From assembly GCA_964016885.1 (NCBI GenBank), contig CAXHJY010000710.1:1-64000 (forward strand): a stretch of DNA of 64,000 bases. The letters are read 5' to 3'. This DNA comes from Eledone cirrhosa (Eukaryota). Both the position numbers and the translations under genes were made by a program. How positions within the stretch are numbered: the stretch's first letter is position 1; the number at the start of each line of letters is the position of its first letter. The notes below the pieces were generated by a model, which saw only the letters and a program-made list of their open reading frames with translations, made no database searches and was not told the origin of the DNA. Of the stretch, positions 1 through 15,968 are shown one piece after another.

Positions 1-401
1 TATAGATATATATACTATATAATATATATAGATATATATACTATATATATATAGATATATATACTATATATATATATAGATATATATACTATATATATAT
101 AGATATATATACTATATATATATAGATATATATACTATATATATATATAGATATATATACTATATATATATATAGATATATATACTATATATATATAGAT
201 ATATATACTATATATATATAGATATATATACTGTATATATATATATATATATCACATATATATATATATATAGATATATATACTATATATATATAGATAT
301 ATATACTATATATATATATAGATATATATACTATATATATATATAGATATATATACTATATATATATAGATATATATACTGTATATATATATATATATAT
401 C

Positions 402-433
<32 letters not shown>

Positions 434-683
434 CTGTATATATATATATCTATATATATACATATATATACTGTATATATATCTATCTATATATATATCC
501 ATATATATATATATCTATCTATATATATATATATATATATCCACATATATATATATATATATATATATATCCATATATATATATATATATATATATATCC
601 ATATATATATATATATATCTATATATATATATATATATATCCATATATATATATATATATCTATATATATATATATATATATC

Positions 684-714
<31 letters not shown>

Positions 715-858
715 CCATATATATATATATATCCACATATATATATATATATATATATATATCCATATATATATATATATATATATATATCCATATATAT
801 ATATATATCCATATATATATATATATATCCATATATATATATATATATGTATATATAT

Positions 859-890
<32 letters not shown>
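1..890. repeat. Interrupted (TA)n satellite: ~24-bp unit TATAGATATATATACTATATA(TA)n (1-~500), then (TA)n punctuated by CCA/CT
   Basis: Directly visible periodic repeats; overlapping ORFs are low-complexity artefacts. Confidence 0.97.
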
Positions 891-893
<3 letters not shown>

Positions 894-948
894 AACGAAT
901 AGGACGCCGACGGCTGAGCTCCAGCCGTTTCGACGTCCAATTCTGGAC
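891..948 (-). ncRNA. 3' half of a hammerhead ribozyme motif (Penelope-like pLTR remnant), CUGANGA box missing
   Basis: Minus strand reads GTCCAGAATTGGAC-GTC-GAAA-CGGCTG-GAGCT-CAGCC-GTC: stem II, GAAA, 7-bp stem III and GUC triplet; abuts (TA)n. Confidence 0.5.
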
Positions 949-1792
949 TAAATGAACATTTTTATCCTGGTACATGAATAGCTGAGCTTCTCAGCGGGTA
1001 ATTCAATATATGGTAAAAGTGATTGTCACAAGGATTGGTCAAAAGTTTGTTGTTGAGACACATAATTCTATCATGGCAATTTGTGGAAGGAAGGGGTAGC
1101 TGAACCTGCCAGTAGAAGAAAGAGGGAGAGGGAGGGGAGGATACCCAGCCGTGCGTTGATGGTGCCAACCACAGCAGGATCCTAAGGGCAGGAGGTGAAG
1201 AAAGTATTCTAGGGAGGGGGAGGAGAAGGAAATAGAAACAGTAAGTAAATCAATATGGAGTAAATATATAGAAGAATAATAAGAATGTTAAAAATATTAA
1301 AAAAACAATTTCTTGTAACTATTCCCTTACCACCATCATCAAGTCTCTCACTGGTACTGCCAAACTATAGAGAAGTTTACTAGGTGTGTTGGAATTGTAG
1401 TGAGAAAATATTATGAGTTAGTAGTAATCAACCGAATCAATCTTACAGTGACGGGTCAACAACTAGGGGGCCAAAATACTAAAGAAACTACTACGAAATA
1501 ATAATTCAGAGTCCCGAAACTAATACGAGATAATAATTCAGAATCCCGAAAAAGAATACTAATAATATATATAAGGGTGCCGCCACGATACAAAAATTCT
1601 AATACAAACTACATAGATGCTCATACGAAATATCTGAAAAACTTGATACGGACAAATAATTCAGAATCTCCTCCTCCGCCCCCCCCCCCTCCCGAAAAAA
1701 AAATACTGACATACGAGAATCTAAAGCAGAGAAACCACTAAGAAAAGTAGAAAGCTCGGAAAGAGAGCGGCCATCGGATATATATATATATA

Positions 1793-2254
1793 TGTAGTGA
1801 CTGAGATGGTCGCTTAGCAACTAGCAGTTGCCTCCCCTTAACAACTCTTCAGAGAGCGGAGGCAAGATACATCCGGTCACAGACGCGGGTTTGCTCACTG
1901 TCTTTGGACCGCGGACATGAACAGACGTGAAAGGATTCGCTCCTCAAAATATTAACCATGCAGGCTTCGTCAGGAACTAGGTGAAAATGCCCTCCTTCGG
2001 ATCAAGGACGCCACGATATCTCGACTAATATGCATTCGCTTATTCCTTCGTTATTCCTGCACCGGAGAATATAATTACACTACTTCTATTAACCCACAAG
2101 GTATGTTTGAATTGACATTGTACATAATTTATTAAATGTTGCATTTAATAAAGGATCGTTGATTTTTGACTGTTCATCCCCCTTCTGGAGTCATTTATTT
2201 CTACAAAGAGAAACGATGTATTGTCCATTCATCGACAATCATTCGTTTCCTTTA
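1793..2254 (+). repeat. 5' LTR (462 bp, TGTAG...CCTTTA)
   Basis: Direct repeat of 7138-7599 with about 9 substitutions by eye; contains AATAAA. Confidence 0.96.
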
Positions 2255-2255
2255 T

Positions 2256-2273
2256 TGGTGACCCCGACGTGAT
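2256..2273 (+). promoter_or_regulatory. Primer-binding site complementary to the 3' end of tRNA-Trp
   Basis: TGGTGACCCCGACGTGAT 1 nt after the 5' LTR; matches the known tRNA-Trp PBS of avian leukosis-sarcoma viruses. Confidence 0.93.
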
Positions 2274-2764
2274 CACAATACGCGGATACTAAAAAAAAAA
2301 AAAATGTTTTTTCTTTGGTTTGAATCCAAACCTTTTCCAAATAAAACAAAAAAACTCTTAAATGCAAGCCTTCTAAAAAGGAAGAAGGAAAACAAGATTT
2401 CTAAACTCTGTTCGCTGTTTACACTGTGAAATTTTTTTCTTTCCTGATTTTCACCGTCATTTCCTCATGAACATTTTTTAAATGGCCGACATTTTCCCGC
2501 CATTCTGTATTTCTTCTTCCTTTTGCGGTTTTCCCGCGCACAGTGTATCTTCTTCAATCCCAGCAATCTGATTGGCTGCATCGTGCCACGTGACGGAGTC
2601 TTCACCAAAAGCATTTTTTTTTCAACCGGCCATCTTGGATTCTTCTACTGATTTCAATTGAATTCGCGTGAACGGATTTCGGAATTCCAGTATAACCTTT
2701 TGGTCGTATAGCTGCTTCAAAGACATAATTCGTCCTTAAAAAATTCTTCAAACCTTCGGCAATC

Positions 2765-3577
2765 ATGAATCCACATTATTTGCCGACCTTCGCAGGTGAC
2801 ATCAAATTATGGATTTCGCAGCTCGAGTGCTATTTCGATTTGACCCACACCAAAAAACAGCATAAATTGAAGGTGCTTATTAACAGCCTGCCTGTTTCTT
2901 TGACATATTCCGTAAAGGATGTTATAACGAATTTAGCTGAAGATATAACCTATGGCTCATTAAAACTAGAAATTCTTCGTAGGAATACTAGGTCTGTGGA
3001 GAGCCGTTTTCGGGAATTATTGGAGGATGCACAGATGGGTGACAGAACGCCAACCTCCTATTTGCGACATCTACGTGAGCCGAGCGACTCCCAAGGAATT
3101 GATACATTCTTCATTAAACAGCTATTTTTCTCCCGTTTACCGCTAAGTGCGCAAATGGTCTTGGTCAATAATTTGGAGAGGGAGTCGTAAGATCAACTTG
3201 CCGCATCCGCGGATAGAATACTAGAGGTGGACTCTAACAGCAGTCGGCATAATCCTTGTGTGGCTTCTTCTTCTGTTCCCCCACGCAATTCTTCTGTGGC
3301 CGACAGCAAACTGTTGGAGATGATCGAAGCGCTCACCAAAAAAGTGGAGGATTTGACCGTACAACATAGAGAGCCTTCTCAACGTTTGAGGTACCGTTCG
3401 CCTCCGTCTGCTATTCCTCAAAACCGCTACGAGTACCGTTCGCCACCGTCTTCTGTTCCTCGCCAACACTACACTTTAGGCAGGAGTAATTCTTCGATTT
3501 GTTGGTATCATGTTAACTTTGGCAGTCGGGCGCCTAGTAACTATAGGAGTTCGGAAAACGCAAAGCAGAGCCACTAG
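2765..3577 (+). pseudogene. gag: Gypsy gag with premature stop at 3188-3190 and truncated Cys/His knuckle (CWYHxxFG)
   Basis: ORFs 2765-3190 and 3227-3577 are in one frame; motifs GDRTPTSYLRHLR and CWYHVNFG. Confidence 0.88.
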
Positions 3578-3596
3578 GGGCGGCTAGTGAACTCTG
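3553..3596 (+). promoter_or_regulatory. Putative -1 ribosomal frameshift signal at the gag-pol overlap
   Basis: G_GAA_AAC (one mismatch from G_GGA_AAC) followed by stem-loop CAGAG-C-CACTAG/CTAGTG-AA-CTCTG; pol is in the -1 frame relative to gag. Confidence 0.65.
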
Positions 3597-6500
3597 GGAA
3601 AATCGACCGAACCGCCATCTTTTCGTATACGACCTTAGGTCGAAAACATTTTTCCTTGTCGATACTGGTGCGTCGCTGAGTATTTGGCCAGTCAGTTATC
3701 TCAAAAAAACCCCATCTGAATCAAATATCAATTTACGAGCAGTCAACCACACGGCCATTCGAACGTACGGGCAAATTTCGCTTCCTCTTCGGTCTAAAAA
3801 TTTGCGTCGTGAATTGAAGTAGGGGTTTACTATCGCCGACTTGCCATACGCCATTTTGGGAGCGGATTTCCTCCACCATTTTTACTTGTCGATTGACATC
3901 CGCAGACAACGACTTTTTGATGCTAATACAGGCCTATCGTTCGAGGCTACAAGGCCGGAGATCGCCACGGTAAGCCCTGCTTTTTTATTGGCTGAAGTGG
4001 GCAACCAGTATCACAGTTTGTTAAAATCATTACCACAGCTGACGCAAGGAAGATTACGAATTGCTAGTCCGGATCATGTGATTGAACACTTTATATCCAT
4101 TACAGGTCCACCTGTTTTCTCACGTCCTCGAAGATTATCTGCAGAGAAGTTGAAAGCTGCACGTCTTGAATTCGACCACATGCTGGAATTAGGAATAATT
4201 CGGCGTTTCACAAGTCCTTGGGCATCGCCTCTACATATGGTACTTAAATCTTCTGGTGATTGGAGACCGACGGGTGACTACCGACGCTTAAACGCGATTA
4301 CTGTGCCTGACCGTTATCCAATACCGCATTTGTAGGATTTTGCATCGTCATTGCAGGGTTGCAGAATCTTTTCTAAGCTTGATTTGATCCGCGCTTATAA
4401 TCAAATTCCGGTTAAAAAGGAGTATATTCCAAAGACTGCTATTGCCACTCCTTTCGGATCATTCGAGTTCCTCACTATGCCTTTCGGACTTAGAAATGCT
4501 GCAAGTACCTTCCAACGATTCATGGATGATGTCACTCGTGGTCTCGATTTTGTTTACACGTATATCGATGATGTACTGATTGCTAGTTCTTCTCCTGAAC
4601 AACATTCCAAGCATCTGGATCTTGTATTTCGTCGTTTACAGAGATATAATGTTCGTATTAATGCTTCCAAGTGTGTTTTTGGCTCGACCTCACTAACATT
4701 TTTAGGCCATCTGATTGACGCCGATGGTATTCAACCTCTTCCTGAGAAGGTTAAGGCAGTATCGGATTTGCCTCCGCCAAGTTCACTGCGACAATTACGT
4801 CAATTCTTAGGCCTTGTAAATTTTTATAGGTGATTCGTGCCTAATTGTTCCAACTTGCTGTTCTCGTTGACAGAAATTTTTAAAAATTGCCGGCGTAAGA
4901 ATATGGACATTTCCTTAAATAAAACGCAGCTTGAGGATTTTAAAAAAGTGAAAAAGGCGTTAGCGAGCACGTCTTTGCTCGCCCACCCAGTACCCAACGC
5001 CGAGCTATCGCTCTGTGTTGATGCGTTGGATACCGCCGTGGGCGCAGTCTTACAGCAGTAGTGTGAGGGGTTACAGCAACCACTCGTGTTCTTCTCGTGA
5101 AAGTTAAAGCCTGCCGAAACTCGCTATAGCACCTTTGGAATGGAGCCATTAGCAATTTATTTATTAGTGAAACATTTTGCTCATGTACTTGAAGGTAGAA
5201 CGTTCACTATTTTCACTGATCATAAACCTTTGACGTTTGCTCTTCGTACTAAAGAAGACAAATACTCGCCCAGAGAAACTAGACATCTGGACTTCATCTC
5301 ACAGTTCACGAATGACATTCAACATATTCCGGGTTCTTTGAATACAGCGGCCGATGCGCTGTCTCGCCTGCCGATCGCATCGATTTCATCTTCCGAGGAG
5401 ATAGATTTACATCGAATGGCAGCTGCTCAACCCACTCTCGAATCGTTGGATGTTACATCGCCAGAGTTTGTACATTGCAAACTGAAATACATTCCGATCT
5501 CAACTGCTGACGGACAAATACTGTGTGATGTTTCGTTGGACTCACCACGACCTCTAGTCCCAGTGGAACATCGACGAACTGTGTTTCTCGCTTTACATGG
5601 CATTTCTCACCCAGGAGTATCAGCCTCAGAAAAACTCATCACAGCCATATTTTCTGGCCTGATATGAGACGTGACATTGCTGCTTGGTGCCGTTCCTGTG
5701 TCGCTTGCCAAAAGTCAAAAGTTCGTAAGCACGTTAAAACTCCTCTCGGAACTCTCACCTGTCCTGATGCCAGATTTCGTCACATTCATGTGGACATCGT
5801 CGGCCCGTGGCCGATTAGTCGTGGTTATTCGTATATTTTGACGATCGTTGACCGTTTTTTGCGTTGGCCTGAAGCCATCCCTATGACAGATATCACTGCC
5901 GAAACGACAGCGAGTATTCTCGTATCTGCATGGATCGCTCGTTTTGGAGTACCAACCACAATAACAACAGACCGCGGTCGTCAATTTGAATCGAACCTCT
6001 TCCGTGAATTAACACAAATTATTGGCGCTACTCGCATAAGAACCACGGCATATCATCCAGCATCAAACGGAATGGTGGAAAGATTTCACAGACAGCTTAA
6101 AGCCTCTTTAAGGGCTTCAATGGACTATTCACGTTGGAGTGAGTACCTACCTATTTTGTTGTTAGGTATTCGGTCGACAATAAAGGTGGACCTTGGGTTC
6201 TCCCCGGCCGAATTGATTTATGGTACTCCTCTTGCGTTACCGGGGAAAATGCTTGCTCCTGTGGATCTTGCTTCGCAGGATATCGCTTCCTACGTGTCCC
6301 GGCTTCATTCTTACTTCCAGGATTTACCACCGATGAACACTAGGAAGCAAACTGTAAAAGGTGCCGTCCCAAGGGATATTGCCTTGTGGACACATGTGTT
6401 CGTTAGAGACGACGCCGTGAGACCCCCTCTTCAACGACCGTACTCTGGACCCTATCGTGTGCTTGCTCGCACAGACAAACATTTCACACTGGACATTCGG

Positions 6501-6710
6501 GGTTCCAGGGAAACGCTTTCCGTTGATCGTCTCAAACGAGCAAACCTGGACAATGACACAATGACACTTGAAACTCAAATGCCCCCTTCTTTTTCTTCGC
6601 CACATACGCCTATTTCTTCTCCCCACCCCCCACCATCAACATACAGAACTACGACCCGTTCTGGGCGAAGGGTGCATTGGCCCCGTAAGCTATGCAGTAA
6701 TATAAACTGA
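3580..6710 (+). pseudogene. pol: Gypsy pol (aspartic protease, RT, RNase H, integrase with GPY/F motif) with several stops and frameshifts
   Basis: FLVDTGAS at 3652, MPFGLRNA and YIDD, FTDHKPL and ADALSR, HH-CC, HVDIVGP, TDRGRQF, NGMVER, YSGPY; stops at ~3820, 4333, 4831, 5059; frameshifts near 5100 and 5660. Confidence 0.95.
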
Positions 6711-7137
6711 ATTGTAAATCTTTTCTTCTTCCAATTGTTTTTGCTGTATATTTCATTCTGATGCTTTTTGATTCCTGACTGCCTACGGCAGTGTCAATAT
6801 ATTATATTTTTCGTAACATTACGACTGTTGTCAATTCTGACACAGTCCATTTTTTTAGTGCATTTTTATAGCTATGCTACATATGGCATTTTCATTGCCT
6901 AGCAACATTTTTTTTTATTTATCGCATTTGGGGGCCCCTTTATTGCGAAGAGAGTTATCTTTTCATGCATTTTGCATCTTTTCCTGTACATTTTTTCTGT
7001 ATTAATGCTTGCAGACATGAACCTATTTCTTTTTTTCATAATTTGTTGATATATGCTTCTACATTTTGTAAACTACCTTGTGGGTCCTTCGCTTCATCGT
7101 TAACGATTTTTCGACAAAAAATCTGCTCCGAGGTGAA

Positions 7138-7599
7138 TGTAGTGACTGAGATGGTTGCTTAGCAACTAGCAGTTGACTCCCCTTAAGAACTCTTCAGAGA
7201 GCGGAGGCAAGATACATCCGGTCACAGACGCGGGTTTGCACACTCTCTTTGGACCGCGGACATGAACAGACGTGAAAGGATTCGCTCCTCAAAATATTAA
7301 CCATGCTGGCTTCGTGAGGAACTAGGTGAAAATGCCCTCCTTCGGATCAAGGACGCCACGAAATCTCGACTAATATGCATTCGCTTATTCCTTCGTTATT
7401 CCTGCACCGGAGAATATAATTACACTACTTCTATTAACCCACAAGGTATGTTTGAATTGACATTGTACATAATTTATTAAATGTTGCTTTTAATAAAGGA
7501 TCGTTGATTTTTGACTGTTCATCCCCCTTCTGGAGTCATTTATTTCTACAAAGAGAAACGATGTATTGTCCATTCATCGACAATCATTCGTTTCCTTTA
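7138..7599 (+). repeat. 3' LTR (462 bp)
   Basis: Direct repeat of 1793-2254; runs directly into (TA)n. Confidence 0.96.
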
Positions 7600-8520
7600 T
7601 ATATATATATATATATATTAGTAAATGAAAAAAGCCTCAACGCAGTGAATATCGATTCTGTTTATGTACGTGTCATCGGCGAGAATATTTATATTTAGAT
7701 ATCTCTTTATATCATTCTAAATACGAAAATAAAGTGTGACAATATTGGCCTACTACTATAATATTATCGTTGATTTCACTGATTTGTATATTAAACAGCA
7801 TTACTAATTGATCATATTCCACATATATTTGGGTTAATTAACATATTTCGGCTTAGATGTAATATTGCATTCACTCCCCTTAATTTATATATAGTTTCGT
7901 GCAGAGTTTACTGTATCAATTATAATTTTTGGTGTATTTTTGCAGCATCCTCATAAAATATATAGATATATTATATTATATTATATTATATCATATATTA
8001 TAATATACTGTAATATATTGTTTTTTGCCATACATTAGAATATCTGTAATTATACACTCGCTTAATGCCGCATAGACACAAGTTATCGATATATTTTATC
8101 ATGTATATATTTATTTATATATATTTATGTATGGTGTGAGTTGTGAGTCTGCACGTGAGTGTGTGTGTGTGTGTCTGTGTGTGTTTGTATGTATGTGTGT
8201 GTGTGTGTGCGAGTATTCTTGTCTTTATGTGTTTATGTGTATTTGCTTATGTGGCCGTGTTTGTCTGTTTGTTCAAGCGTGAGAATATATGTTTATAAGT
8301 GGTGAACGTTTTTGACCCAGGATAACACTTTGGATACATATTATTCTTAGATTCACCGCGAAAAATATTTCTATCTTAAAATTTTGTTGTAAAGTCTGGA
8401 ACGTTATTTACGATTGGTTAAACCTGCATATTTGAAGACAGGAAATTAATGTCTGGAAGATGTAAGAGACGGTTGATTAGCAACATAGTGGGAAAGAGGG
8501 TAAAAGACATAGAATCTGTG

Positions 8521-8845
8521 GGAGTGAGACAGAGATCATGAGAGAGAAAGAGTGAGAAAGAAAGAGAGAACGAGAGAGAAAGAGAGAGAGTTAGAGATAG
8601 ATATATAGATAGAGAGTGAGAGAGAGAGAGGGAGATGGAATGAAAGAGAGAGAGAAAGAGAGAGAGAAATATAGAGAGAGAGAGTGAGAGAGAGAGAGAT
8701 GGAGTGAGAGAGAAAGACTCGTGAAATGTGGGAAAAGGAAAGAGACGTGAGAAGAAATTGGGCAGTTCTGGAATGAGTGTTGCAGAATCTAATAGAAAAA
8801 TATGAGGTCTTTCAAGCTTCAAATGATAGAGAAAGAGAGAGAGTA
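8521..8845. repeat. Degenerate (GA)n purine-rich tract
   Basis: Directly visible. Confidence 0.9.
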
Positions 8846-9039
8846 GAAGTTAAATAAAAGAGGGGTTAATAGACAATAGTGGGAAAAGAGAGAAAAAGTG
8901 AGGGGGCAGGTTTGAGTGACATAAAAAACAAACAAACACGTTGGTGGGACAGCTTTTAACGACAGAAGGAAATGTGTTGAACTTTAAAAGTTTAAAGTTA
9001 ACAATATGAGATTGTGAACATTGGAGAGAATGAATTATT

Positions 9040-9125
9040 GATGTAGATGTATGTATGATGTATGTGTATATATATATATATATATATAATGTACACATTA
9101 TGTATATATATATATATATAGTATT

Positions 9126-9176
<51 letters not shown>

Positions 9177-9394
9177 ACACACGTACACACGTACACACAC
9201 ACACACATGTGTGTGTATATATAAATATTATATATATATATACATAATGTGTACATTGTATATACGTTCGTATACACCAAATATACATATACGCCGTATT
9301 TACGTGTGTGTGTGTGTTCATACACACACACACACACATACATATATATATGTATATATGAATATATATACATATATGAATCATACTTATTTAA

Positions 9395-9432
<38 letters not shown>
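9040..9432. repeat. Compound (TA)n/(CA)n/(TG)n microsatellite
   Basis: Directly visible. Confidence 0.95.
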
Positions 9433-9435
<3 letters not shown>

Positions 9436-9894
9436 CATACTGTAATATATATGCTGAAGAAAAGACAAACGAATTAGGTTAGACAGGTTAGACGGCATTA
9501 TGAAAATTGAAGAGTGAGAAATCAGGGATGTGTCTGAGTAGTTTGATGAATAATCAAGTGGACAAGGGGTGAAACAAATACTGCTTTATTGCTACTGATG
9601 CAGTTTGTGTATGTAATTGCGAAAATCAAAACTATCGTCAGTGAGAAATAAAGAAATTGTTTGGTGGTAGAGTTGTGTGTGTGTGAGTGATAGACTGAGA
9701 GATAGACTAAGAGAGAGACTTCCTCAGGAAATATGGAGTTATTTTAACTTAGAAACACTTAGGAAATTTCAGCGTAGTGAACATTGTGTCGGTGACTGAT
9801 GAAGTGAGAGAAATACTAAACATAAAACTATATATAGATATATTAACGCTTGTGTGCGTTTGAGTGACTGTGTGTGTGAATTATACATGCATAA

Positions 9895-11495
<1,601 letters not shown>

Positions 11496-11723
11496 ATAAA
11501 GTTAAATAAAAGTCAAATGATTAAGATTTAGCTTCGTTTATTACTGCTATATATATATATTTCAGTGACAGTCATCTTTGGCTGTGACCTCTTCAGGCAG
11601 TTTGAATTAGTATGGTATAGACAAGTACATATGTCGTTTAGGTGTATGATATTGTCAATACTCTGATATGCCCAGTTCCTTGTTGGGTTGTTAATTTGCT
11701 GGGGAACTGGAGTCATATCTCCA

Positions 11724-11790
11724 ACTATATCACCATATCACCAACCATATCACCAACCATATCTCCAACCATATCACCATATCACCAACC
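11724..11790 (+). repeat. Short tandem repeat TATCACCAACCA (about 5 degenerate units)
   Basis: Directly visible between two TA tracts. Confidence 0.8.
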
Positions 11791-11859
11791 TGCGCACTTC
11801 GTCGAGTGCTCCAGCCTGCATACTGAGTGTTGGTATATAACCAACATAAACTCAAAATC

Positions 11860-11860
<1 letters not shown>

Positions 11861-11922
<62 letters not shown>

Positions 11923-11944
11923 ATATATATATATATGTATATAT

Positions 11945-11986
<42 letters not shown>

Positions 11987-12197
11987 GTATATATATATAT
12001 GTATATATATATATGTATATATGTATATGTATATATATATGTATATATGTATATGTATATATATATGTATATGTATATATATATGTATATATATATGTAT
12101 ATATGTATATGTATATATGTATATATATATGTATATGTATATATGTATATATATATATATATATATGTATATGTATATATATATATATGTATATGTA

Positions 12198-12238
<41 letters not shown>

Positions 12239-12499
12239 GTATGTATATGTATATATATGTATATATATATATGTATATATATGTATATATATATATGTAT
12301 ATATATGTATGTATATATATATATATATGTATATATGTATATGTATATATATATGTATATATATGTATATATATATATGTATATATATGTATATATGTAC
12401 ATATGTATATATATATATATGTATATGTATATATATATGTATATGTGTATATATATATGTATATATATGTATGTATATATATATGTATATATGTATAAT

Positions 12500-12561
<62 letters not shown>

Positions 12562-12593
12562 TGTATGTATATATATATGTATATATGTATAAT

Positions 12594-12629
<36 letters not shown>

Positions 12630-12653
12630 TGTATATGCATTTATATATGTATA

Positions 12654-12694
<41 letters not shown>

Positions 12695-12720
12695 ATATAT
12701 ATGTATATGTATATGTATAT

Positions 12721-12752
<32 letters not shown>

Positions 12753-13287
12753 GTATATATATATGTATATATATATATATATGTATATATATATGTATAT
12801 ATATATATGTATATATATATGTATATATATATATGTATATGTATATATATGTATATATATATATGTATATGTATATGTATATATATATGTATATATATAT
12901 GTATATATATATGTATATATATATGTATATATATGTATATATATATGTATATATATATGTATATATATATGTATATATATATATATGTATATATATATGT
13001 ATATATATATATGTATATATATATGTATATATATGTATATATATATGTATATATATATGTATATATATATATGTATATATATGTATATATATGTATATAT
13101 ATGTATATATATGTATATATATGTATATATATGTATATGTATATGTATATATATGTATATATATGTATATGTATATATATGTATATATATGTATATATAT
13201 GTATATGTATATATATGTATATATATGTATATATATGTATATATATATATATTTATATATATGTATATATATGTATATATATATATG

Positions 13288-13318
<31 letters not shown>

Positions 13319-13389
13319 GTATATATATATGTATATATATATATATATGTATATATATATGTATATATATATATATGTATATATATATG

Positions 13390-13420
<31 letters not shown>

Positions 13421-13511
13421 GTATATATATATGTATATATATATGTATATATATATATATGTATATATATATGTATATATATATGTATATATATATGTAT
13501 ATATATATATA

Positions 13512-13554
<43 letters not shown>

Positions 13555-13711
13555 AAATATGTATATATATATATATATATATGTATAAATATGTATATAT
13601 ATGTATATATATGTATATATATGTATATATATGTATATATATGTATATATATGTATATATATATATATATGTATAAATATGTATATATATGTATATATAT
13701 GTATATATATG

Positions 13712-13742
<31 letters not shown>

Positions 13743-13753
13743 GTATATATATG

Positions 13754-13816
<63 letters not shown>

Positions 13817-14077
13817 GTATATATATGTATATGTATATATATGTATATATATGTATATGTATATATATGTATATGTATATATATGTATATATATATATAT
13901 GTATGTATATGTATATATATGTATATGTATATATATGTATATATATATATGTATATATATATATGTATATATATGTATATATATATATATATGTATATAT
14001 ATAAATATGTATATATATATATGTATATGTATATATGTATATGTATATGTATATATATATATATGTATATGTATATG

Positions 14078-14108
<31 letters not shown>

Positions 14109-14115
14109 GTATATG

Positions 14116-14146
<31 letters not shown>

Positions 14147-14193
14147 GTATATATATGTATATATATATATATGCATATATATGCATATATATG

Positions 14194-14226
<33 letters not shown>

Positions 14227-14373
14227 GTATATATATGTATATATATATATATGTATATATATGTATATATATATATATGTATATATATGTATATATATAT
14301 GTATATATATGTATATATATATATATGTATATATATGTATATATATATATATGTATATATATGTATATATATG

Positions 14374-14422
<49 letters not shown>

Positions 14423-14431
14423 GTATATATG

Positions 14432-14462
<31 letters not shown>

Positions 14463-14471
14463 GTATATATG

Positions 14472-14504
<33 letters not shown>

Positions 14505-14505
14505 G

Positions 14506-14582
<77 letters not shown>

Positions 14583-14583
14583 G

Positions 14584-14648
<65 letters not shown>

Positions 14649-14663
14649 GTATATATATATATG

Positions 14664-14694
<31 letters not shown>

Positions 14695-14876
14695 GCATAT
14701 ATATATATATGTATATATATATATATGCATATATATATATGTATATATATATGCATATATATATATGTATATATATATGTATACATATATATATGCATAT
14801 ATATATATATGTATATATATATATGTATACATATATATATGCATATATATATATATATGTATACATATATATATGC

Positions 14877-14928
<52 letters not shown>
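11861..14928. repeat. ~3-kb (TA)nTG microsatellite
   Basis: Directly visible. Confidence 0.97.
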
Positions 14929-14929
<1 letters not shown>

Positions 14930-15019
14930 GTACGTGGTGAGTTTTATTGTAGTACAATAAAGCAATGCAGATATCGGATAAGTAGCACTCTACAGTTTGT
15001 AGGACAGGAGTATAAATAA

Positions 15020-15580
15020 TATAAGATCAAAAGATGGTTAAAAGAGTTCCATGTATTTTATTATGCGCATTTCAAAAACAAATATCATCATGAGATGACA
15101 TTTGCGTTTTCGTCAGATAAAATAGGGAGACCTGATATGAAGGTTAAAAAACACTTGTGAATAGTGCAGTTTTAAATCAACATATGAAAAGTAATTTAAG
15201 ATTGATGTGTGATATTGGGGAAAAAAATGAGGGGGGGTGAAAAAGTGGAGGAGATGAGAGTAAAGAATGGTGGGGGAGGAGTATAATAAGGAAGGATGAG
15301 ATGGGAGGAGAGATGGGTGATAGAAATAGAGAGAGATAGCCTTTATAACTGAGAAAAATATATTGTTTCACAGAGAGAGGTTAAAAAGCCTTTGGAAGAT
15401 AATGTATAATTTAAATGAATTTGAAAATTGATGAAGAGAAAAAAATTAATGAAGAGAAAAAAAATTAAGAATACGCAAATGTCATCTGATAATGATATTT
15501 GTTTTTGAAATGCGCATAATAAAATACATGGAACTCTTTTAAAATACATGGAACTCTTTTAACCATCTTTTGATCTTATA
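15020..15580. mobile_element. Fold-back Penelope-like remnant (inverted arms 15020-15107 and 15473-15580)
   Basis: Arms are reverse complements; right arm has a 20-bp tandem duplication AAAATACATGGAACTCTTTT; left arm overlaps a hammerhead. Confidence 0.75.
15054..15124 (-). ncRNA. Type I hammerhead ribozyme (short stem III with palindromic loop)
   Basis: TATTTTAT-CTGACGA-[AAACGCAAATGTCATC tcat GATGATATTTGTTTTT]-GAAA-T-GCGC-ATA-ATAAAATA: 8-bp stem I, intact core, AUA triplet. Confidence 0.85.
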
Positions 15581-15706
15581 TATACAAACACTAATACACA
15601 CACACACACGACACACACACACATATATATACATATATATTATACATATACGTTTAATTTGATATATATATGTGTATATATATGTGTGTGTGTGTCTACA
15701 TACAAA

Positions 15707-15760
<54 letters not shown>

Positions 15761-15814
15761 TAAACAAATAATGAATAAACAATGAAAACATTTCCTTATA
15801 TTAAACAAAAAAAG

Positions 15815-15968
15815 TTCATTATTTAACGATCGTTTCTAGGATATATATGTGTTAGAATTGGCATGCATATTCAACAGATCTATGTACAAAATTATACAAA
15901 ATTATACAAACTATCAAGATTAAATATACATACCAACACATATATACGCCGTCTTCAGAAATAATGAA
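15815..15968 (-). ncRNA. Hammerhead ribozyme with extended stem II, copy 1 (downstream pLTR)
   Basis: Reverse complement of 29476-29629. Confidence 0.8.

Larger units (their letters stand above)
1793..7599 (+). mobile_element. Ty3/Gypsy LTR retrotransposon, full length but coding-defective, inserted in (TA)n
   Basis: Two 462-bp direct LTRs, PBS, gag followed by PR-RT-RH-IN order; (TA)n on both flanks. Confidence 0.97.

Noticed and set aside
1483-1670. Repeated ATAATTCAGAATCCC word (~33-bp tandem plus a third copy)
   Set aside because: Too short and contextless to assign beyond a local duplication.
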